Below the pieces are notes generated by a model. It ran no database searches, was not told where the DNA came from, and was given only the letters and a program-made list of their open reading frames with translations. Position numbers and translations under genes: made by a program. Source: Eledone cirrhosa (lineage: Eukaryota). From it: 64,000 bases of DNA. The DNA is taken from contig CAXHJY010001477.1 of the NCBI GenBank assembly GCA_964016885.1, positions 682,001 through 746,000 of the forward strand, written 5' to 3'. Position 1 is the first letter of the stretch; the number at the start of each line of letters is the position of its first letter. Shown piece by piece: positions 56,301 to 64,000 of this stretch.

Positions 56301-59086
56301 CAGAAGGACCTGCTATTGTAGTTGAGGAAGAGACACTACCTCCAACTTACATGACAGAAGGACCTGCTATTGAAGTCGAGGAAGAGACACTACCTCCAAC
56401 TTAGATGACAGAAGGACTATTGAAGTTGAGGAAGAGACACTACCTCCAACTTAGATGACAGAAAGACTAATGAAGGTGAGGAAGAGACACTACCTCCAAC
56501 TTAGATGACAGAAGGACCTGCTATTGAAGTTGAGGAAGAGACACTACCTCCAACTTAGATGACAGAAGGACCTGTTATTGAAGTTGAGGAAGAGACACTA
56601 CCTCCAACTTAGATGAAAGAAGGACCTGCTATTGAAGTTGAGGAAGAGACACTACCTCCAACTCAGATGACAGAAGGACCTGCTATTGAAGTTGAAAAAG
56701 AGACACTACCTCCAACTTAGATGAGAGAAGGACCTGCTATTGAAGGTGAGGAAAAGACACTACCTCCAACTTAGATGATAGAAGGACCTGCTATTGAAGT
56801 TGAGAAAGAGACACTACCTCTAACTTAGATGACAGAAGGACCTGCTATTGTAGTTGAGGAAGAGACACTACTTCCAAATTAGATGACAGAAGGACCTGCT
56901 ATTGAAGGTGAGGAAGAGACACTACCTCTAACTTAGATGACAGAAGGACCTGCTATTGAAGTTGAGGAAGAGACACTACCTCCAACTTAGATGACAGAAG
57001 GACCTGCTATTGAAGTTGAGGAAGAGACACTACCTCCAACTTAGATGACAGAAGGACCTGCTATTGAACTTGAGGAAGAGACACTACCCCCAACTTAGAT
57101 GACAGAAGGACTATTGAACTTAAGGAAGAGACACTACCTCCAACTTAGATTACAGAAGGACCTTCTATTGAAGTTGAGGAAGAGACACTACCTCCAACTT
57201 AGATTACAGAAGGACCTGCTATTGTAGATGAGGAAGAGACACTACCTCCAACTTAGATGACAGAAGGACCTGCTATTGAAGTTGAGGAAGAGACACTACC
57301 TCCAACTTAGATGACAGAAGGACCTGCTATTGAACTTGAGGAAGAGACACTACCCCCAACTTAGAGGACAGAAGGACTATTGAACTTAAGGAAGAGACAC
57401 TACCTCCAACTTAGTTTACAGAAGGACCTTCTATCGAAGTTGAGGAAGAGACACTACCTCCAACTTAGATGACAGAAGGACCTGCTATTGTAGATGAGGA
57501 AGAGACACTACCTCCAACTTAGATGACAGAAGGACCTGCTATTGAAGTTGAGGAAGAGACACTACCTCCAACTTAGATGACAGAAGGACCTGCTATTGAA
57601 GTTGAGGAAGAGACACTACCTCCAACTTAGATGACAGAAGGACCTGCTATTGAAGTTGAGAAAGAGACACTACCTCCAACTTAGATGACAGAAGGACTAT
57701 TGAAGTTGAGAAAGAGACACTACCTCCAACTTAGATGACAGAAGGACTATTGAAGGTGAGGAAGAGACACTACCTCCAACTTAGATCACAGAAGGACCTG
57801 CTATTGAAGGTGAGGAAGAGACACTACCTCCAGCTTAGATGATAGAAGGACCTGCTATTGAAGTTGAGAAAGAGACAGTACCTCTAACTTAGATGACAGA
57901 AGGACCTGCTATTGTAGTTGAGGAAGAGACACTACCTCCAACTTAGATGACAGAAGGACCTGCTATTGAAGGTGAGGAAGAGACACTACCTCTAACTTAG
58001 ATGACAGAAGGACCTGCTATTGAAGTTGAGGAAGAGACACTACCTCAAACTTAGATGACAGAAGGACTATTGAACTTAAGGAAGAGACACTACCTCCAAC
58101 TTAGATTATAGAAGGACCTTCTATTGAAGTTGAAGAAGAGACACTACCTCCAACTTAGATGACAGAAGGACCTGCTATTGAAGTTGAGAAAGAGACACTA
58201 CCTACAACTTAGATGACAGAAGGACCTGCTATTGAAGTTGAGGAAGAGACACTACCTCCAACTTAGATGACAGAAGGACCTGCTATTGTAGTTGTGGAAG
58301 AGACACTACCTCCAACTTAGATGACAGAAGGACCTGCTATTGTAGGTGAGGAAGAGACACTACCTCCAACTTAGATGACAGAAGGACCTGCTATTGAAGT
58401 TGAGAAAGAGACACTACCTCCAACTTAGATGACAGAAGGACCTGCTATTGAAGTTGAGGAAGAGACACTACCTCCACCTTAGATGACAGAAGGACCTGCT
58501 ATTGAAGTTGAGAAAGAGACACTACCTCCAACTTAGATGACAGAAGGACTATTGAAGTTGAGGAAGAGACACTACCTCCAACTTAGATGACAGAAGGACC
58601 TGCTATTGAAGTTGAGAAAGAGACACTACCTCCAACTTAGATGACAGAAGGACTATTGAAGGTGAGGAAGAGACACTACCTCCAACTTAGATGACAGAAG
58701 GACCTGCTATTGAAGTTGAGGAAGAGATACTAACTCCAACTTAGATGACAGAAGGACTATTGAAGGTGAGGAAGAGACACTACCTCCAACTTAGATGACA
58801 GAAGGACCTGCTATTGAAGTTGAGGAAGAGACACTACCTCCAACTTAGATGACAGAAGGACCTGCTATTGAAGTTGAGGAAGAGACACTACCTCTAACTT
58901 AGATGACAGAAGGACCTGCTATTGAAGTTGAGGAAGAGACACTACCTCCAACTTAGATGACAGAAGGACCTGCTATTGTAGTTGAGGAAGAGACACTACC
59001 TCCAACTTAGATGACAGAAGGACCTGCTATTGAAGTTGAGGAAGAGACACTACCTACAACTTAGATGACAGAAGGACTATTGAAGG

Positions 59087-62000
59087 TGAGGAAGAGACAC
59101 TACCTCCAACTTAGATGACAGAAGGACCTGCTATTGAAGTTGAGGAAGAGATACTAACTCCAACTTAGATGACAGAAGGACTATTGAAGGTGAGGAAGAG
59201 ACACTACCTCCAACTTAGATGACAGAAGGACCTGCTATTGAAGTTGAGGAAGAGACACTACCTCCAACTTAGATGACAGAAGGACCTGCTATTGAAGTTG
59301 AGGAAGAGACACTACCTGTAACTTAGATGACAGAAGGACCTGCTATTGTAGTTGAGGAAGAGACACTACCTCCAACTTACATGACAGAAGGACCTGCTAT
59401 TGAAGTCGAGGAAGAGACACTACCTCCAACTTAGATGACAGAAGGACTATTGAAGTTGAGGAAGAGACACTACCTCCAACTTAGATGACAGAAGGACTAA
59501 TGAAGGTGAGGAAGAGACACTACCTCCAACTTAGATGACAGAAGGACCTGCTATTGAAGTTGAGGAAGAGACACTACCTCCAACTTAGATGACAGAAGGA
59601 CCTGTTATTGAAGTTGAGGAAGAGACACTACCTCCAACTTAGATGAAAGAAGGACCTGCTATTGAAGTTGAGGAAGAGACACTACCTCCAACTCAGATGA
59701 CAGAAGGACCTGCTATTGAAGTTGAGGAAGAGACACTACCTCCAACTTAGATGAGAGAAGGACCTGCTATTGAAGGTGAGGAAAAGACACTACCTCCAAC
59801 TTAGATGATAGAAGGACCTGCTATTGAAGTTGAGAAAGAGACACTACCTCTAACTTAGATGACAGAAGGACCTGCTATTGTAGTTGAGGAAGAGACACTA
59901 CTTCCAACTTAGATGACAGAAGGACCTGCTATTGAAGGTGAGGAAGAGACACTACCTCTAACTTAGATGACAGAAGGACCTGCTATTGAAGTTGAGGAAG
60001 AGACACTACCTCCAACTTAGATGACAGAAGGACCTGCTATTGAAGTTGAGGAAGAGACACTACCTCCAACTTAGATGACAGAAGGACCTGCTATTGAACT
60101 TGAGGAAGAGACACTACCCCCAACTTAGATGACAGAAGGACTATTGAACTTAAGGAAGAGACACTACCTCCAACTTAGATTACAGAAGGACCTTCTATTG
60201 AAGTTGAGGAAGAGACACTACCTCCAACTTAGATTACAGAAGGACCTGCTATTGTAGATGAGGAAGAGACACTACCTCCAACTTAGATGACAGAAGGACC
60301 TGCTATTGAAGTTGAGGAAGAGACACTACCTCCAACTTAGATGACAGAAGGACCTGCTATTGAACTTGAGGAAGAGACACTACCCCCAACTTAGAGGACA
60401 GAAGGACTATTGAACTTAAGGAAGAGACACTACCTCCAACTTAGTTTACAGAAGGACCTTCTATCGAAGTTGAGGAAGAGACACTACCTCCAACTTAGAT
60501 GACAGAAGGACCTGCTATTGAAGTTGAGGAAGAGACACTACCTCCAACTTAGATGACAGAAGGACCTGCTATTGAAGTTGAGAAAGAGACACTACCTCCA
60601 ACTTAGATGACAGAAGGACTATTGAAGTTGAGAAAGAGACACTACCTCCAACTTAGATGACAGAAGGACTATTGAAGGTGAGGAAGAGACACTGCCTCCA
60701 ACTTAGATCACAGAAGGACCTGCTATTGAAGGTGAGGAAGAGACACTACCTCCAGCTTAGATGATAGAAGGACCTGCTATTGAAGTTGAGAAAGAGACAG
60801 TACCTCTAACTTAGATGACAGAAGGACCTGCTATTGTAGTTGAGGAAGAGACACTACCTCCAACTTAGATGACAGAAGGACCTGCTATTGAAGGTGAGGA
60901 AGAGACACTACCTCTAACTTAGATGACAGAAGGACCTGCTATTGAAGTTGAGGAAGAGACACTACCTCAAACTTAGATGACAGAAGGACCTGCTATTGAA
61001 GTTGAGGAAGAGACACTACCTACAACTTAGATGACAGAAGGACCTGCTATTGAAGTTGAGGAAGAGACACTACCTCTAACTTAGATGACAGAAGGACCTG
61101 CTATTGAAGTTGAGGAAGAGACACTACCTCCAACTTAGATGACAGAAGGACCTGCTATTGTAGTTGTGGAAGAGACACTACCTCCAACTTAGATGACAGA
61201 AGGACTATTGAAGTTGAGGAAGAGACACTACCTCCAACTTAGATGACAGAAGGACCTGCTATTGTAGTTGAGGAAGAGACACTACCTCCAACTTAGATGA
61301 CAGAAGGACCTGCTATTGTAGTTGAGGAAGAGACACTACCTCCAACTTAGATGACAGAAGGACCTGCTATTGAAGTTGAGGAAGAGACACTACCTCCAAC
61401 TTAGATGACAGAAGGACCTGCTATTGAAGTTGAGGAAGAGATACTAACTCCAACTTAGATGACAGAAGGACTATTGAAGGTGAGGAAGAGACACTACCTC
61501 CAACTTAGATGACAGAAGGACCTGCTATTGAAGTTGAGGAAGAGACACTACCTCCAACTTAGATGACAGAAGGACCTGCTATTGAAGTTGAGGAAGAGAC
61601 ACTACCTGTAACTTAGATGACAGAAGGACCTGCTATTGTAGTTGAGGAAGAGACACTACCTCCAACTTACATGACAGAAGGACCTGCTATTGAAGTCGAG
61701 GAAGAGACACTACCTCCAACTTAGATGACAGAAGGACTATTGAAGTTGAGGAAGAGACACTACCTCCAACTTAGATGACAGAAGGACTAATGAAGGTGAG
61801 GAAGAGACACTACCTCCAACTTAGATGACAGAAGGACCTGCTATTGAAGTTGAGGAAGAGACACTACCTCCAACTTAGATGACAGAAGGACCTGTTATTG
61901 AAGTTGAGGAAGAGACACTACCTCCAACTTAGATGAAAGAAGGACCTGCTATTGAAGTTGAGGAAGAGACACTACCTCCAACTCAGATGACAGAAGGACC

Positions 62001-63716
62001 TGCTATTGAAGTTGAGGAAGAGACACTACCTCCAACTTAGATGAGAGAAGGACCTGCTATTGAAGGTGAGGAAAAGACACTACCTCCAACTTAGATGATA
62101 GAAGGACCTGCTATTGAAGTTGAGAAAGAGACACTACCTCTAACTTAGATGACAGAAGGACCTGCTATTGTAGTTGAGGAAGAGACACTACTTCCAACTT
62201 AGATGACAGAAGGACCTGCTATTGAAGGTGAGGAAGAGACACTACCTCTAACTTAGATGACAGAAGGACCTGCTATTGAAGTTGAGGAAGAGACACTACC
62301 TCCAACTTAGATGACAGAAGGACCTGCTATTGAAGTTGAGGAAGAGACACTACCTCCAACTTAGATGACAGAAGGACCTGCTATTGAACTTGAGGAAGAG
62401 ACACTACCCCCAACTTAGATGACAGAAGGACTATTGAACTTAAGGAAGAGACACTACCTCCAACTTAGATTACAGAAGGACCTTCTATTGAAGTTGAGGA
62501 AGAGACACTACCTCCAACTTAGATTACAGAAGGACCTGCTATTGTAGATGAGGAAGAGACACTACCTCCAACTTAGATGACAGAAGGACCTGCTATTGAA
62601 GTTGAGGAAGAGACACTACCTCCAACTTAGATGACAGAAGGACCTGCTATTGAACTTGAGGAAGAGACACTACCCCCAACTTAGAGGACAGAAGGACTAT
62701 TGAACTTAAGGAAGAGACACTACCTCCAACTTAGTTTACAGAAGGACCTTCTATCGAAGTTGAGGAAGAGACACTACCTCCAACTTAGATGACAGAAGGA
62801 CCTGCTATTGAAGTTGAGGAAGAGACACTACCTCCAACTTAGATGACAGAAGGACCTGCTATTGAAGTTGAGAAAGAGACACTACCTCCAACTTAGATGA
62901 CAGAAGGACTATTGAAGTTGAGAAAGAGACACTACCTCCAACTTAGATGACAGAAGGACTATTGAAGGTGAGGAAGAGACACTGCCTCCAACTTAGATCA
63001 CAGAAGGACCTGCTATTGAAGGTGAGGAAGAGACACTACCTCCAGCTTAGATGATAGAAGGACCTGCTATTGAAGTTGAGAAAGAGACAGTACCTCTAAC
63101 TTAGATGACAGAAGGACCTGCTATTGTAGTTGAGGAAGAGACACTACCTCCAACTTAGATGACAGAAGGACCTGCTATTGAAGGTGAGGAAGAGACACTA
63201 CCTCTAACTTAGATGACAGAAGGACCTGCTATTGAAGTTGAGGAAGAGACACTACCTCAAACTTAGATGACAGAAGGACCTGCTATTGAAGTTGAGGAAG
63301 AGACACTACCTACAACTTAGATGACAGAAGGACCTGCTATTGAAGTTGAGGAAGAGACACTACCTCTAACTTAGATGACAGAAGGACCTGCTATTGAAGT
63401 TGAGGAAGAGACACTACCTCCAACTTAGATGACAGAAGGACCTGCTATTGTAGTTGTGGAAGAGACACTACCTCCAACTTAGATGACAGAAGGACTATTG
63501 AAGTTGAGGAAGAGACACTACCTCCAACTTAGATGACAGAAGGACCTGCTATTGTAGTTGAGGAAGAGACACTACCTCCAACTTAGATGACAGAAGGACC
63601 TGCTATTGTAGTTGAGGAAGAGACACTACCTCCAACTTAGATGACAGAAGGACCTGCTATTGAAGTTGAGGAAGAGACACTACCTCCAACTTAGATGACA
63701 GAAGGACCTGCTATTG
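59087..63716 (+). repeat. Higher-order tandem duplication, period 2290 bp (43 monomers), two copies
   Basis: Offset 2290 holds for ATACTAACTC 59151/61441, ACTACCTGTA 59311/61601 and ACTGCCTCCA 60691/62981. The match breaks at 59086 and 63717. Confidence 0.92.
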
Positions 63717-64000
63717 TAGTTGAGGAAGAGACACTACCTCCAACTTAGATGACAGAAGGAGCTGCTATTGTAGTTGAGGAAGAGAGACTACCTCCAACTT
63801 AGATGACAGAAGGACCTGCTATCGTAGTTGAGGAAGAGACACTACTTCTAACTTAGATGACAGAAGGACCTGCTATTGTAGTTGAGGAAGAGACACTACT
63901 TCTAACTTAGATGACAGAAGGACCTGCTATTGTAGTTGAGGAAGAGACACTACCTCCAACTTAGATGACAGAAGGACCTGTTATTGAAGTTGAGGAAGAG

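Larger units (their letters stand above)
1..64000 (+). repeat. Tandem satellite DNA array, 54-bp monomer with a 50-bp deletion variant, about 1,200 copies, continuing past both window edges
   Basis: Consensus TGAGGAAGAGACACTACCTCCAACTTAGATGACAGAAGGACCTGCTATTGAAGT recurs head-to-tail throughout, usually with 0-3 substitutions per monomer. The 50-bp form reads GAAGGACTATTG instead of GAAGGACCTGCTATTG (e.g. AGAGACACTA at 61 and again at 111). No non-repeat sequence was seen. Confidence 0.99.

Noticed and set aside
1-64000. Giant repetitive CDS (mucin- or adhesin-like), suggested by 54 = 18 codons
   Set aside because: All six frames contain a stop in each consensus monomer under the standard code, and the frequent 4-bp deletion shifts frame.
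1-64000. Open reading under alternative genetic codes (TAA/TAG=Gln opens one + frame and all three - frames of the consensus; TGA=Trp opens two + frames)
   Set aside because: On the + strand the 4-bp deletions cycle translation into stop-containing frames. On the - strand recurrent variants (ACTCAG, GATCAC, CTCAAA) introduce TGA. Substitutions show no evident codon-position bias, and nothing indicates a recoded host.
1-64000. CRISPR array (the hairpin-bearing ~30-bp part as repeat, the remainder as spacer)
   Set aside because: The putative spacers are as conserved as the repeats, and there are no unique spacers, leader or cas genes.
1-64000. Rolling-circle or sequencing concatemer, or synthetic construct
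   Set aside because: Variants are inherited in ordered, nested blocks with accumulating differences. That indicates evolutionary duplication history, not random error on a single template.
1-64000. tRNA, 5S rRNA, snRNA or miRNA gene array, or CENP-B box
   Set aside because: The monomer is too short and lacks A/B boxes, a cloverleaf or a pre-miRNA-length stem. The consensus has no CpG, so it cannot contain a canonical CENP-B box.
1-64000. A single fixed higher-order period across the window
   Set aside because: Observed periods differ by region (540, 852, 1492, 2028, 2290, 2618, 5178, 5262, 6832 bp), and each is present in only about two adjacent copies.

Overview
The whole 64 kb window is one uninterrupted, head-to-tail satellite DNA array of roughly 1,200 monomers in a single orientation. 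The 54-bp consensus is TGAGGAAGAGACACTACCTCCAACTTAGATGACAGAAGGACCTGCTATTGAAGT (44% GC, purine-rich on +, no CpG). About one monomer in five or six is a 50-bp variant lacking CCTG. I see no genes, RNA genes, transposon insertions, inversions or CRISPR spacers, and all six frames have a stop in every consensus monomer. The information lies in the order of monomer variants. That order shows nested, recent tandem duplications (periods 6832, 5262, 5178, 2290 bp and smaller), a recurring ordered cassette of variant monomers, left/right haplotype domains and a divergent island near 35.7-36.6 kb. Speculative monomer-level features are an exact ATG-to-TAG 17-codon mini-ORF filling the monomer, a bulged hairpin, a let-7/miR-196 seed match and a possible two-subunit origin. 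The sequence looks like eukaryotic heterochromatic satellite, but I cannot name the family or species. I found no evidence for a new gene system. All offsets were counted by eye from diagnostic variants, not by alignment.
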